64,000 bases of DNA from a virus. Lineage: Duplodnaviria > Caudoviricetes. The stretch covers positions 170,229 to 234,228 of IMG/VR virus record IMGVR_UViG_3300037692_000137; one strand, written 5' to 3'. The position numbers were made by a program, and so were the translations under genes. The notes beneath the pieces were generated by a model, which was not told the DNA's origin, searched no databases, and worked only from the letters and a program-made list of their open reading frames with translations. Numbering within the stretch: position 1 is the first letter of the stretch; each line of letters begins with the position of its first letter. This document shows, piece after piece, positions 1-10,143 of the stretch.

Positions 1-1786
1 TAGAATCCAATTGCTGTAAAAAAGTATTGTACTCTTCTTCTGATAAATCTTTTACTATGTATTCTAGCGTGTTCAACGATGCTTCTGACTTAGGTGTTTT
101 TGCAGGTTTTTTAGTTAATTTCTGTGGGTCTGTTTCTTTTTTATTAGTTGGTGATGTGACTTTACCAGATGGTCTACCATTGGAGGGTGTTCCAATAGGA
201 GCACCTTGCACATCTTGTGTTTTAGCTTGCTGCCATGGGCTACCAACAATACCAAATATACCATCCTGCACTAATTGAAATTCGTTTGTCATGTTACTGA
301 GCTCATTAGGATAATCAAAACCTAATAACTCAAGAGCTGTTTGGTAGCTAAGCATTCTTCTGTCCACTAATTGAGAAATGGTACTCATGTACAGAATTAT
401 GTCTTTTAATATACTATTATCCCATCTAACTTTTGGGAATCTTTCAAATCCCATAGCCTCTGCTATCTGTCTAAACTCTTTATACAGCCAGCGACTAACT
501 TGTCTACGGGCATACTCAATTTCTTCTAGTATGCCTTTAATAGCCATGTTCACACTATCGGAACTAAATTCCCCTACACCGTCTATAAGTGCTCTAGTCA
601 TACCAAGACCGCCAGTAATATCCTCATTAACTTGTTCATACTTGGCTTTTCCTAAAATAGAGCTAATTTCGGGACTAACTATCTTCTCTACCTTCAGAGT
701 GTGATTCCATACAACATCAAAAGACTTACTTGGGGTATTAAATAAGTCAGCTACAGCCTCTAACTCTGCCTGAGATGTTACAGGAAATTCATCATTACCA
801 ATAGTTATTTTTAGTATGTAATTAGATATACCATCTAATGTACTTAAGTCAGCCTCACGTAATGCTTTCTTGTAGTTTAATGAGTCAAATATTCTGGTAA
901 GTTTAGGTCTTGCATAGCGCTCATAAGGTTGTTTTCTATACGTAATTGTACTAACTAACCTAGAGTCTAGTTGTAGTTCTTTACCACTTTCAGCAGCAGC
1001 CCTTAAGTCACTTGGTAATGATTTAACTAACACTTTTTCTTCTTCTGTCATAGTGCTAGATGGCTTCTTAAGTAGATCTTTTAACTCTGTGGGGGCAGTT
1101 AATTTTACAGAAACACTGTCAAACAGTAAGTTGCCATCTATAGTCACTAAGGCTGGATTTAGAACTGTGTAGGCTATAGGAAGATGCCCTTTGGACCATA
1201 TCTTTTTAGCAGCACCAGTTTCAAGATTGGCTGTCTTTTTTAGAGCTTTGCCGGGAGCTGGAGATAATGTGGATACCCTAGGCTCATACTTTGCTATGAC
1301 TTTGTAGGTGGTTACCTGACCTACCTTAAAGAAGTCTAAAAATATCCATTCTAAGACCTCATCCATGGCTATGTCAAATACCCAAGTGTCATAAAAGTTT
1401 TTTATGTTCTCATCATCAATGTCTAATTCAAAACCTTTTACTGCCAAAGAAGCAAGTAGGTTAGTAGTAGTGCCTACAATAGGATCAGTGTAGTAGTACC
1501 TGATGGCCTTCTTATAAGCATCTTGTGGTGCTTCGTCGTAAGGATCTTTAGACAGCCCTATATCTAGTAAGGACCTACTTATAGCATCTCTTGTTATAGT
1601 AGAGGCCTGTGACTTATGTACCCTTGGTGTTATAGCTGTCCCTGGTTGCTCTAAAAAAGCTAAGGACTTTTTAGTAGGTTGTAGATAAAAAGTTGATTTA
1701 CCACTTACCTCATCCAGCTCTATACTTCTTATGCCTACATCAGGATACTTCTCTTGTAGCTCACTTGTTATTTTATTTAAATCCAT
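1..1786 (-). CDS. Portal protein (runs off the left edge; absent from the ORF track)
   Basis: Manual translation from ATG at 1786 (AGGGTG SD): MDLNKITSELQEKYP...AIRYYYTDPIVGTTTNLLASL...RPKLTRIFDSL..., open for 595 codons; lies downstream of terL in the head-packaging module. Confidence 0.75.
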   Translation of the reverse strand, partial: MDLNKITSELQEKYPDVGIRSIELDEVSGKSTFYLQPTKKSLAFLEQPGTAITPRVHKSQASTITRDAISRSLLDIGLSKDPYDEAPQDAYKKAIRYYYTDPIVGTTTNLLASLAVKGFELDIDDENIKNFYDTWVFDIAMDEVLEWIFLDFFKVGQVTTYKVIAKYEPRVSTLSPAPGKALKKTANLETGAAKKIWSKGHLPIAYTVLNPALVTIDGNLLFDSVSVKLTAPTELKDLLKKPSSTMTEEEKVLVKSLPSDLRAAAESGKELQLDSRLVSTITYRKQPYERYARPKLTRIFDSLNYKKALREADLSTLDGISNYILKITIGNDEFPVTSQAELEAVADLFNTPSKSFDVVWNHTLKVEKIVSPEISSILGKAKYEQVNEDITGGLGMTRALIDGVGEFSSDSVNMAIKGILEEIEYARRQVSRWLYKEFRQIAEAMGFERFPKVRWDNSILKDIILYMSTISQLVDRRMLSYQTALELLGFDYPNELSNMTNEFQLVQDGIFGIVGSPWQQAKTQDVQGAPIGTPSNGRPSGKVTSPTNKKETDPQKLTKKPAKTPKSEASLNTLEYIVKDLSEEEYNTFLQQLDS

Positions 1787-1804
1787 AGCTTAGTCACCCT
1801 AATA

Positions 1805-2173
1805 TTAATATCTTGTAGATCTTTCATAAACTCTTACTTCGGAATCCTCACCAGTACTGATTATATACAAGGGCGCACTTGTTGTATCCTCCCACTCACC
1901 ACCTGAACCAGCCACTAGTAGTCCGGAGGCGGCCAGTGTACCTGAAGTATACATTATTGCTACGTCAAAAGAACCGGTGTTTATAACCTTTATATAAGTG
2001 CGGTTAAGTAGTGGGTTTGTAGGCAGTAGCGTAGCGGTGCCGCTAGTAACAGTCATGCTGGAAGTGACTACCTTACTGTAGTTATCTCTACGTCCTATCA
2101 TATCATCTATCTCATACGGTGGTGGAACACCTATCGCTCTTGATCTTGTGTAATCGTCTGTCCATGAAGGCAT
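1805..2173 (-). CDS. Hypothetical protein, possibly virion-associated (122 aa)
   Basis: AGGAG SD; beta-rich; directly upstream of portal. Confidence 0.5.
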   Translation of the reverse strand: MPSWTDDYTRSRAIGVPPPYEIDDMIGRRDNYSKVVTSSMTVTSGTATLLPTNPLLNRTYIKVINTGSFDVAIMYTSGTLAASGLLVAGSGGEWEDTTSAPLYIISTGEDSEVRVYERSTRY

Positions 2174-2186
2174 AATATGTATCTCC

Positions 2187-3149
2187 TTAAAATAAAGTGC
2201 TTATAGATACACCAGCACTATAGTTAGAATCTTTATCTAAATAAACTGTTGGGCCAATAAATAAGTTTTCCATTAGAGGTAATAGTTTTCCTATATTATA
2301 TTTAACTGGGGTAAAGTACATCAACTCAGTATCTGATGCTTTTGCGGCGCCGAATGCTATAAACTGCCAGTCGCTGTCCGCCCTTGTCTTACCGTAACTG
2401 AATATACCTAAGTCTAAACCTACAGCAGTATCTGTACCAAATATACCAGAAAAGCCTATTCTTGGGCTATACCAAAACTTCTTTTCTTTCTCGACCCTTT
2501 TAGCCCAGTTGTCTATTGTTAGGTCTATTGGAAACTTTTTATATGTACCATCCTCATTTTTACCTAATGATGACCAATGGTTTTCTACCCATGCCTCAGC
2601 GTACCTTTTAGGGTTACCATCGTCATCTGTTGTTTCTACTATGTCAGTTTTTACTTCAAGTTTGTGTGGCTCTACCGACCAACGTTCTGCACCTTGTATG
2701 TTTGGGCTTAGCCTTACTACTGCTACAGGATATGGACTGCCTTCTGCGTCATTTAAGTTAACCGTTACTTCTTCTAAATCCCTTTTAGGGTTTTCAGGAT
2801 CTTTATATGTGGTTGCTTTTGATAGCCAGTCAACTTTTCCTGAAAGTGTAGCAGTAACTTTACCTATCTCATCGACACGCTCGTTGTTAGCCTTTATAGT
2901 TTTTAGCAACACACTATTTTGGGCCGCTAGTTGTTCTGTTAGTTTTTTGATATCAGCATTATTAGCTGCCACTGTAGCTACGGCAGCGTTAGTAGCTATG
3001 TTTTCTATTGTGGTAATATCCACAGGGTTCTTGTCGTCGCGCCCGGTAAAATTACTTACCATTTTAGGTATTTCCATAAATAGAAATACTACCAGAGCTA
3101 TTAATGCCAGCGACTTAGTTATGTCAAATATACTTGAATCTAATTTCAT
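2187..3149 (-). CDS. N-terminally membrane-anchored coiled-coil protein (spanin-like candidate)
   Basis: Hydrophobic segment SLALIALVVFLF followed by coiled coil; overlaps the stop of the holin-like gene. Confidence 0.45.
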   Translation of the reverse strand: MKLDSSIFDITKSLALIALVVFLFMEIPKMVSNFTGRDDKNPVDITTIENIATNAAVATVAANNADIKKLTEQLAAQNSVLLKTIKANNERVDEIGKVTATLSGKVDWLSKATTYKDPENPKRDLEEVTVNLNDAEGSPYPVAVVRLSPNIQGAERWSVEPHKLEVKTDIVETTDDDGNPKRYAEAWVENHWSSLGKNEDGTYKKFPIDLTIDNWAKRVEKEKKFWYSPRIGFSGIFGTDTAVGLDLGIFSYGKTRADSDWQFIAFGAAKASDTELMYFTPVKYNIGKLLPLMENLFIGPTVYLDKDSNYSAGVSISTLF

Positions 3150-3424
3150 TTATCAGTATCCATACCGTCAGAATCTTCTGTTAGTGATGTCTTTGCTATA
3201 ATACGTGTTGTAGCTAAAGTTATAAAACCGCCTGACAAAAAACTTAGCCCTAACGTAGCGGATATCCAAGGCTCACCTTGTTTCAATCCTTCATTAAACA
3301 TACCATATACAATAGGTGCATAAATAAAAAGTAACCATTGGTATTTAACGGAGGCTACATTTCTCAAGCATTTTTGTATCCAAGCATCCCAAAACGTTCT
3401 ATTAAAAATTGTATACGTCTCCAA
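3146..3424 (-). CDS. Putative holin (92 aa, 2 TM)
   Basis: Two hydrophobic segments and a charged C-terminal tail (TEDSDGMDTDK). Confidence 0.45.
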   Translation of the reverse strand: METYTIFNRTFWDAWIQKCLRNVASVKYQWLLFIYAPIVYGMFNEGLKQGEPWISATLGLSFLSGGFITLATTRIIAKTSLTEDSDGMDTDK

Positions 3425-3484
3425 CGTGTTATTCCCCTAGATATAATATGCTATTAAATTAATAAATCTTTATTTATATAGAGG

Positions 3485-5215
3485 TTACTTTATTTTTTTC
3501 TTTAATATAGCCATAGATATATTAGGATTACCTACTGCCGCGGTAGCAGTTCTGGATATCTCTCTAAAAGAAGCATTTGGGCTTCTTTCTCTAACCATAC
3601 CACCACAACTATGTAATACAGGATCTAAAACAGTATCCACCGGCTTACTTAATTCTTTTGCTCCATACCCAGCTAAAATTAAAGAAGAGTATAAGTCTTT
3701 GTTTTGTCCTTTCTTAGGTGTGTCAAAATGTAGAACGCCACTGCCAGTTTGAGTTAATATAATACTGAGCAGTTGTTTTTTAAGTTCATATATGGCTGCG
3801 TATTGCTCATCTAATTGATCAGACCCGTCCGGCATGCGCTCTGGAAATAGTAAAAGTCTGTCTTCAAACAAGGATAATGTTGAATAGTTAGCTTCTTGTA
3901 TCCACTGTGGCGTAAAATTTATTAACTCTAATATATGCTTGCCTTTCCAATGAGAATGATCTAGATTAGTTCTATCTATAATAGGTGTTGCACCATTATA
4001 ACCTTCTTCTAACAAATCACATATAGCTTTACCACCGCCGGCCTTATCCATATATATACGAATAACATTATAGGTTTTGCAAACACTCTGTAAAGTAGTC
4101 ACCATACTTTGTGTCGTGCCATTCTTTACTTCTAACATATTTACTATTCTATTTGGTTGTCCTAATTTAACTATGGACACACCACAGCTTGCTGAGCCAC
4201 CTTGATTAGGGTCTACGCCAATGACATATTCAGCCTTACTATCTCCACTTAGTTCTAAGTAGTGCCCACTGTTACTTGTACATGCTTCTAGCATAGAAGC
4301 TTTAAAAAAGCCTTCGGAATCAGACACCATCTCTGCTTCATATTCCATACGAAATTCATGGTCAGACATTACCCGGCGGGCCTCTTCAATGTTGTTCTCG
4401 TCCAAGAAACCTTTTGGTAAAAACCAGTGAGGTATCTGATGCACCATAACATTAGACCCTTCTTCACCTTCCTGTATAATTTTATCCCAATACGCACGCA
4501 TACGCCTATACATATGATTGAATTTATAGAAACCAGAAGAAGTCATTACCATCTTATTAACCTGCTCATCATCAAAGTCCTCTTCTGTGGCTAGTCCGGA
4601 CTCAATTAGCAAACGCATCTGCTCAAGGCGTCTAACATTAGCCATAGGATCTTGCTTTGTAGCTCCCATAGGCCGGAGAACCATATCTAATATCTTATCT
4701 GGAACTTGAGCCAACTCATCAATACATATTAAATAAAAACGGGAACCACGTATTTTGGCGCCATCATTACCTAACGGTATAGCCTCAATAAAAGAACCAT
4801 TACTAGAACCAACTGATTTAAATTTAAGATAAGCGGTGTCAGATCCTCTAATTGGTTTCTTTTCTGTGGCTTCCCTGAGGATGGCTGATTTTGTATAGTG
4901 TTTTTCTACTTCGGAAAAAATCATTTTGGACTGTCTAAAGGAGGGACCTACTAAGCCAACCCTATACCCTGGGTATAGCATAGCACGTAGTGCGGCTAGT
5001 GTACCTAAAAGAAAGGACTTACCAAAACCACGGCCGGCCACGGTAATTGTATAGTCTCTAAACCACATATCTTCAAATACGATACGTTGTATAGGAGCTA
5101 AATCTACGCCAAGTAAGTCATAGGCGGCGATACAAGGATTATTTCTGTAGAATTCTATTAACATAGGACCCTGCCCCATTACAGCGTCCATCATTCTACC
5201 TTTCTTAGGAGCCAT
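3485..5215 (-). CDS. terL: Terminase large subunit
   Basis: Walker A AGRGFGKS, Walker B ICIDE, RNase H-like IGVDP and KDLYSS; upstream of portal. Confidence 0.92.
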   Translation of the reverse strand: MAPKKGRMMDAVMGQGPMLIEFYRNNPCIAAYDLLGVDLAPIQRIVFEDMWFRDYTITVAGRGFGKSFLLGTLAALRAMLYPGYRVGLVGPSFRQSKMIFSEVEKHYTKSAILREATEKKPIRGSDTAYLKFKSVGSSNGSFIEAIPLGNDGAKIRGSRFYLICIDELAQVPDKILDMVLRPMGATKQDPMANVRRLEQMRLLIESGLATEEDFDDEQVNKMVMTSSGFYKFNHMYRRMRAYWDKIIQEGEEGSNVMVHQIPHWFLPKGFLDENNIEEARRVMSDHEFRMEYEAEMVSDSEGFFKASMLEACTSNSGHYLELSGDSKAEYVIGVDPNQGGSASCGVSIVKLGQPNRIVNMLEVKNGTTQSMVTTLQSVCKTYNVIRIYMDKAGGGKAICDLLEEGYNGATPIIDRTNLDHSHWKGKHILELINFTPQWIQEANYSTLSLFEDRLLLFPERMPDGSDQLDEQYAAIYELKKQLLSIILTQTGSGVLHFDTPKKGQNKDLYSSLILAGYGAKELSKPVDTVLDPVLHSCGGMVRERSPNASFREISRTATAAVGNPNISMAILKKKIK

Positions 5216-5739
5216 TATTCGTCGTTCTCCTTTTTAACATGTCCATCGACGTCATATTTATTACCAGGATTTTCCATAATTAATTTTTTAGACATTTCGT
5301 CTTCTTCTTTAAGTTGTCTTACTTTGCTCTCTAGTGTGCCACGTTTGGTTTGGTCATATGCAAAAGCTAGGTCTACTATGGAAAAGCCTTTATGCTCATT
5401 AGGGTTAATTCTATCTTTTCTTCTGGAAGATAAGCTCTCTTTAATTTTTTCTGTTTGTTTACGTAGTTTTTCTATACTTGCTGTTATGTCTAGTTGGCGA
5501 TTAGCATCCCCTTTACTGGTGCGTAGTAATCTTATTTCTAAAACCTTATTAGTGGCCAAGGTCATTACGTCATCTAAGTCACTTGCTGACAAGTCCTCAT
5601 CATCGAAGTCTTTTATGTAGATATCTACTAGTGATGTATAGATATTAAGCTCGTCTTCGGCGAATATTTCCCCTACAGGCATAATCTCTGTTAAAAGTTG
5701 CCTAACGCTGGGCGGGTTTTTTGGTCTTCCTGCTGCCAT
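5215..5739 (-). CDS. Putative terminase small subunit
   Basis: 174 aa helical protein starting MAAGRPK, translationally coupled to terL; positional inference. Confidence 0.5.
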   Translation of the reverse strand: MAAGRPKNPPSVRQLLTEIMPVGEIFAEDELNIYTSLVDIYIKDFDDEDLSASDLDDVMTLATNKVLEIRLLRTSKGDANRQLDITASIEKLRKQTEKIKESLSSRRKDRINPNEHKGFSIVDLAFAYDQTKRGTLESKVRQLKEEDEMSKKLIMENPGNKYDVDGHVKKENDE

Positions 5740-5740
5740 G

Positions 5741-6157
5741 TTATATATCCATATAGTCGTTTATATCAATACCTAACTCCGTGCAACGTTCTTTAAGTAG
5801 TAATATTGTTTCCGGTGTTAAATCATGACTAAAATAATCTATGTTATCCCCATAAACTAGCTCTGTTTTGCGAGTATTACGCATAGACCTATCAGTCAAT
5901 ATGTCTTCAAACTCATCTAATTCTTCTCTAATATCTGTAATCCAAGAGCATAAGCTGTCGTCGTCTGATCGACAGTATTTATTAATTAGCTCTGTGGACA
6001 AAGGGTTAAGACGCCTAAAGTAGATCATCAATGTTCTTGATATTTTATTTTTAGTTTCTTGTGTATGTAGTTGCCCTTTTTTAGACTCACTTATTGCCAT
6101 TTTACTGATATCGCTTAGTCTATACCCAGTAGGGCGACCGCGTTTTTTATTATTCAT
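5741..6157 (-). CDS. NUMOD3-motif DNA-binding protein
   Basis: KRGRPTGYRLSDISKMAISESKKGQLHTQETKNKIS; same N-terminal module as 46971..47741. Confidence 0.55.
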   Translation of the reverse strand: MNNKKRGRPTGYRLSDISKMAISESKKGQLHTQETKNKISRTLMIYFRRLNPLSTELINKYCRSDDDSLCSWITDIREELDEFEDILTDRSMRNTRKTELVYGDNIDYFSHDLTPETILLLKERCTELGIDINDYMDI

Positions 6158-6479
6158 TATCTACCTCCTGAACAGCAGCATATACTTTACAACTTGAGCA
6201 TATAATACCTACGGTAGTCTTATTAACATATTTAATGGTGCCACAGTTTGTGCATTTAACAAACTTACTTCTACTATCTTTTTTAGGCTTAGAGAACGTA
6301 AAAGGTAGATTACCATAAGTATCCATACACTTACTTTCTCTCTGTATACGCGCGTTATGCTGAGCCACACCACCATGAGGGTCATACCTACGTCCAGTAA
6401 CTCCTGGAGTTAATTCCTGTTTACCTACATCGGAGTTAATAACACCTTTAGTTAAATCTTTAATAAACTCATTATTCAT
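6150..6479 (-). CDS. Zn-ribbon protein
   Basis: CTNC...CSSC; coupled ORF. Confidence 0.55.
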   Translation of the reverse strand: MNNEFIKDLTKGVINSDVGKQELTPGVTGRRYDPHGGVAQHNARIQRESKCMDTYGNLPFTFSKPKKDSRSKFVKCTNCGTIKYVNKTTVGIICSSCKVYAAVQEVDNE

Positions 6480-7047
6480 TAACTTGCCTCTTAAAATATA
6501 CCTCTATACATTTTTTAGATGCTACGTAATCAGATAAATAAACACATAATTCCTCTGGTGTAAACTCAGACAAAGGCTTTTTCCACGCGCCTGAGGACCA
6601 AGGACCATAGTGGTGACCTACAGCATTACGTATAATAGTGAAAGATTTATCACTTAGTATTTGTGTAGCCTCCTGCACCTCTTCTACAAGCTTGGCTCCA
6701 AGTAGTGGGTGAGTTTTAGCAGTATGACCAGACTTTTCTAAACCTTGTTTTCTTAAATCATGTATTATAGCAGCTGATAAAATCTCATCTCTATTATCTT
6801 CGCAGTCCAACCCTCTGCTTAATTCATAAGCAACTGTAAACACTTTCTTTGTATGTAAAATAGTCCCATCAGGACCTAACTCAGATATTGGATGATATTT
6901 ACCAGTACTACTGGCTGGACAGTCCAAAAAAATATAATCAGGGGCCGACATGATACACAAACGTGTGAACTCTCTTATCGACGGATCAAATATTAACTCT
7001 AATTCCTGTTCAAAAACTACTACTTTATCGTCTGGTGTAATACCCAT
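6472..7047 (-). CDS. HD-domain phosphohydrolase
   Basis: PASSTGKYHP...LHTKKV...AIIHDLRK...HP...HHYGPW, typical of phage HD proteins. Confidence 0.75.
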   Translation of the reverse strand: MGITPDDKVVVFEQELELIFDPSIREFTRLCIMSAPDYIFLDCPASSTGKYHPISELGPDGTILHTKKVFTVAYELSRGLDCEDNRDEILSAAIIHDLRKQGLEKSGHTAKTHPLLGAKLVEEVQEATQILSDKSFTIIRNAVGHHYGPWSSGAWKKPLSEFTPEELCVYLSDYVASKKCIEVYFKRQVNE

Positions 7048-7056
7048 TTAAAAACC

Positions 7057-7287
7057 TCACCTTGATTTCAGAGTGTAGTCATCACTCTCTAAGTTAATTT
7101 TCTCTACTCTTGTTGATTGGTGGTGGGGGTTATAGCCAGCCTGCGGGAAAGTGCCGCCTACACCCCTATAGTTTCTTGGGTAAGTGTCAAATTTAATAAA
7201 CCTGTCTTTTTTATCAGTGCTTAGCGGATATCTTTCTTGCATTTTTATAAATGTAGGTTCTCTAAATTCACTAATGTCTATAGGCAT
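7057..7287 (-). CDS. Hypothetical protein (76 aa)
   Basis: GGAGG SD; in operon orientation. Confidence 0.5.
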   Translation of the reverse strand: MPIDISEFREPTFIKMQERYPLSTDKKDRFIKFDTYPRNYRGVGGTFPQAGYNPHHQSTRVEKINLESDDYTLKSR

Positions 7288-7314
7288 AATTAGTAACCCT
7301 CCAGGTTAAGTTTA

Positions 7315-7362
7315 TTAACAACCACCTTTCTTACCACCCTTCTTAGTGTCTTTCTTAGCCAT
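7315..7362 (-). CDS. 15-aa basic peptide MAKKDTKKGGKKGGC
   Basis: Fills the gap between two genes; AAGGGG SD about 7 nt before ATG. Confidence 0.4.
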   Translation of the reverse strand: MAKKDTKKGGKKGGC

Positions 7363-7373
7363 AGTAAAACCCC

Positions 7374-7658
7374 TTACTTATTTTTAGTAAGCTCCTCATA
7401 CTCTTCTTTGTATGAAGCCACGGCTTTATCAATAGATTCTTTGTTGGACTGAATAAACCCCATTAAATCGAAAGCAAAGTCAGGGATTGTGGTTCCCTTC
7501 CACTCATAGTTAATGGAAATGTACTCACCCTCACCTTTCTTGGCTACCGCTGAAGCGTAGTTATAACCATCTGCACTTTTTGATATACTTGTATGCATAA
7601 TTTCTTCGGGGTTAATCATAAGTGTCATTGCTTTACCTGTCATTGTTTTGCTTGCCAT
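7374..7658 (-). CDS. Hypothetical protein (94 aa)
   Basis: GGAG SD; in operon. Confidence 0.55.
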   Translation of the reverse strand: MASKTMTGKAMTLMINPEEIMHTSISKSADGYNYASAVAKKGEGEYISINYEWKGTTIPDFAFDLMGFIQSNKESIDKAVASYKEEYEELTKNK

Positions 7659-8266
7659 TTTTTTGTCTCCTTTATGTTTATAACATTTTCTACAAAGTAG
7701 TCTAGCTTCTTGTACAAATCATCTGTGCTACCATTGTTAGCAATAACGTAGTGTGTAGGAAGATTGTTATCATCTAAAGCTGTCTCAGTTTCGTGCTCTT
7801 CACCATTTATGAAGGGCCTATTATTTCTTGTAATACGGATGTGGTAACCACCCCTATCTAGTACAGCCTTAACTTCATTAGGTTGTCTTAAGTCTGTAAT
7901 AATAACATTCCCAGCAACAACGTTACGAAATAGCGCTTTGACCCAGTAATCATTATCAAAGGAACGCATAAATTGACCATATGCCTGCATCATTTCTCTT
8001 GGAGTCCAAAACCCTCCAGTTTGTTTAGGATAACGCTCGTCTTGAATTTCCTTTAAATCACCATATACCTGTGTGTAGCTTAAATTAAACTTTTCTATTA
8101 AATCTTGTTTCAATGTGTTGGCATACGCTGTTATATAAGTGTTGTAATATACAGCGCCTATTTTGTTATACAGATAAGTACCAGCGGTATCTTTACCCAC
8201 CCGCGCCTTTCCTGAAATACCTATTAAAATACTTTCTTTGTCCTTTACCGTCTCCATGTAAATCAC
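7640..8266 (-). CDS. Deoxynucleoside monophosphate kinase
   Basis: GISGKARVGKDT P-loop, TPREMMQAYG, IITDLRQPNE, HETETALD. Confidence 0.82.
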   Translation of the reverse strand: MIYMETVKDKESILIGISGKARVGKDTAGTYLYNKIGAVYYNTYITAYANTLKQDLIEKFNLSYTQVYGDLKEIQDERYPKQTGGFWTPREMMQAYGQFMRSFDNDYWVKALFRNVVAGNVIITDLRQPNEVKAVLDRGGYHIRITRNNRPFINGEEHETETALDDNNLPTHYVIANNGSTDDLYKKLDYFVENVINIKETKKWQAKQ

Positions 8267-8279
8267 CTTATATGTATTG

Positions 8280-8558
8280 CTATATTGTTAGGTAGAATGC
8301 ATTACCTTGTCTAGATACCTTACCCCATCGACTGTTGTCTTGTTGCACTGGAGTATCATAATGATATCTAGGTTTTATTACTTTGTTATTATAGCATATA
8401 CATTTGCTACTGTCAACCATATTCTTTTCAATTACTGTAGTATCTACAGTACAGTTAACTATAACTGGCATATCATTGATAAGTAATAATATTGTTTTAT
8501 ACCTAATACCTAAACATATAGCATATATTCTTTTTAAAACGCCGGATGCTAAAGTCAT
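8280..8558 (-). CDS. Hypothetical protein (92 aa)
   Basis: Coupled ORF in the minus-strand operon. Confidence 0.4.
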   Translation of the reverse strand: MTLASGVLKRIYAICLGIRYKTILLLINDMPVIVNCTVDTTVIEKNMVDSSKCICYNNKVIKPRYHYDTPVQQDNSRWGKVSRQGNAFYLTI

Positions 8559-8818
8559 ATTTTAAATCCTTTTAGTTTTTTAATGCTTTTCTTTAACTCG
8601 TTACTTTCTTTTTTTATACTAGTAAGTAGTTTACTGGCTGTATTAGTTAACTGCTTGTCTATAGCAGGTAAATCTTGTCTGTCTATTTCAATTAATTTAA
8701 CTATGTGTTCTCGACACATGTCACTATCAACACAGTGCTTATCTTTACACAAACACTTTATATTCAAACCTTCAAATTGTACCCAATACTTATCAAGCAA
8801 GTTCGGTGCTCCAATCAC
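8555..8818 (-). CDS. Hypothetical protein (87 aa)
   Basis: Coupled ORF with C-terminal coiled coil. Confidence 0.5.
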   Translation of the reverse strand: MIGAPNLLDKYWVQFEGLNIKCLCKDKHCVDSDMCREHIVKLIEIDRQDLPAIDKQLTNTASKLLTSIKKESNELKKSIKKLKGFKI

Positions 8819-9221
8819 TGGCTTTTATATGCCGTATTAATTTTAAGTAGTCCTCTAATAAAACATTCCTATCCTTCATAGTAGTTAAAACATCTATATG
8901 AGAGGCGTCACTATTTATTAAAGTGGTATACAAGTTTAGCCTACTTTCTAACGTAGCAGCTATTTCCAAAGCATCTGTAATACTAATTTTATTATCTCCT
9001 ATAACTACGGTGTTAGCGGTATTACATTTTTTTAATACAACCTTTTGACTTTGTATCTGATCGTACAAACTAAATAATTTACTAATACAATCTTTATATA
9101 CTCTAGATAAACTATCTGTATCCCCAGTCATATTTTGTAGCTTATTGATGTAGGATTCTAGCTCTCTAATTTCATCTTGTGTTTGTAATTTACGTAAAAC
9201 TAATTCAGCTACTAACATCAT
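8793..9221 (-). CDS. Helical hypothetical protein (142 aa)
   Basis: GAGG SD; MLVAELVLRKLQ start. Confidence 0.55.
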   Translation of the reverse strand: MMLVAELVLRKLQTQDEIRELESYINKLQNMTGDTDSLSRVYKDCISKLFSLYDQIQSQKVVLKKCNTANTVVIGDNKISITDALEIAATLESRLNLYTTLINSDASHIDVLTTMKDRNVLLEDYLKLIRHIKASDWSTELA

Positions 9222-9230
9222 AATACCTCA

Positions 9231-9914
9231 TTATAAGTAAGTACCACAACTACCACAATACTTTATGTAAGACTTCCAACGTTTACCACAGGATGAACAC
9301 TGTTTTTTAGTTTTAGTCATTATAGGTTTTTTAACTTCACGTTTAAAGTCATCATATCCTTGTAGTTTAAGTGTAATAACATATGACTGTGTCTCTAAAA
9401 CACCTGTATGGGTTGTTATAAAATCTTGTTTTGTTGGGGTTCCTTTTACAGTTATACCAGACGAACTATATGTATTAGAAGCACCAGCTACATCTGACCT
9501 ATAGCCTATCACGTCATAACTTGATTTAAAGCCCGACAACTCTTTAATAACATCTCTAAAAGGTATCGATGGTTTTTCAAAAGTGTACTCTACTCTAACT
9601 ATACCATCATCTAGCCTGTCTCCTCTAAAATCTGATATAGCCTTGGTCTTCTGTATAAATCTAAACTTATTATTTACCCTTAAATTGTCTAAGGCACCTT
9701 TTAATTCTACTATATCATTAGCCGGAACAACTAGCTGGTTATCATTTAGTACAGATAGACCATCAATGTCCACAGACACTACCGCTCTACGTGAATCGTA
9801 GTTTTTTAATACAATGGTGTAGTCTGAACCAAAAGGAACAGTAACTACACCATCTACTTCTCTAAGTACTTTACCATTGTGTTTTAATATAACTAAAAAA
9901 TTGTTTTTATACAT
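9231..9914 (-). CDS. Hypothetical protein with C-terminal Zn ribbon (227 aa)
   Basis: AAGGAG SD; CSSC...CGSC at the C-terminus. Confidence 0.65.
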   Translation of the reverse strand: MYKNNFLVILKHNGKVLREVDGVVTVPFGSDYTIVLKNYDSRRAVVSVDIDGLSVLNDNQLVVPANDIVELKGALDNLRVNNKFRFIQKTKAISDFRGDRLDDGIVRVEYTFEKPSIPFRDVIKELSGFKSSYDVIGYRSDVAGASNTYSSSGITVKGTPTKQDFITTHTGVLETQSYVITLKLQGYDDFKREVKKPIMTKTKKQCSSCGKRWKSYIKYCGSCGTYL

Positions 9915-9975
9915 AATGTTCTCCTTTAAAGACCTCCAACAATGGTCTTGGTTTATGCTGGATGGATAATTGTTA

Positions 9976-10143
9976 TTATAAAATCTTTACTTCTGTTGCC
10001 TGAATACCCTTCTCTGTGTTCTTTAAAATAAAACTTACTGGTTGGCCTGCTTTAAGTGTTTTATAGCCATCCATATCAATACTTGTAAAGTGGATAAAAT
10101 ACTCTGCATCGGGGTTACCATCAATTAGTACAAAACCATATCC
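9976..10143 (-). CDS. csp: Cold-shock protein, exon 2
   Basis: GYGFV (RNP1) ... EYFIHFTSI (RNP2) ... KTLKAGQPVSF ... KGIQATEV; 55 aa plus stop. Confidence 0.9.
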   Translation of the reverse strand, partial: GYGFVLIDGNPDAEYFIHFTSIDMDGYKTLKAGQPVSFILKNTEKGIQATEVKIL

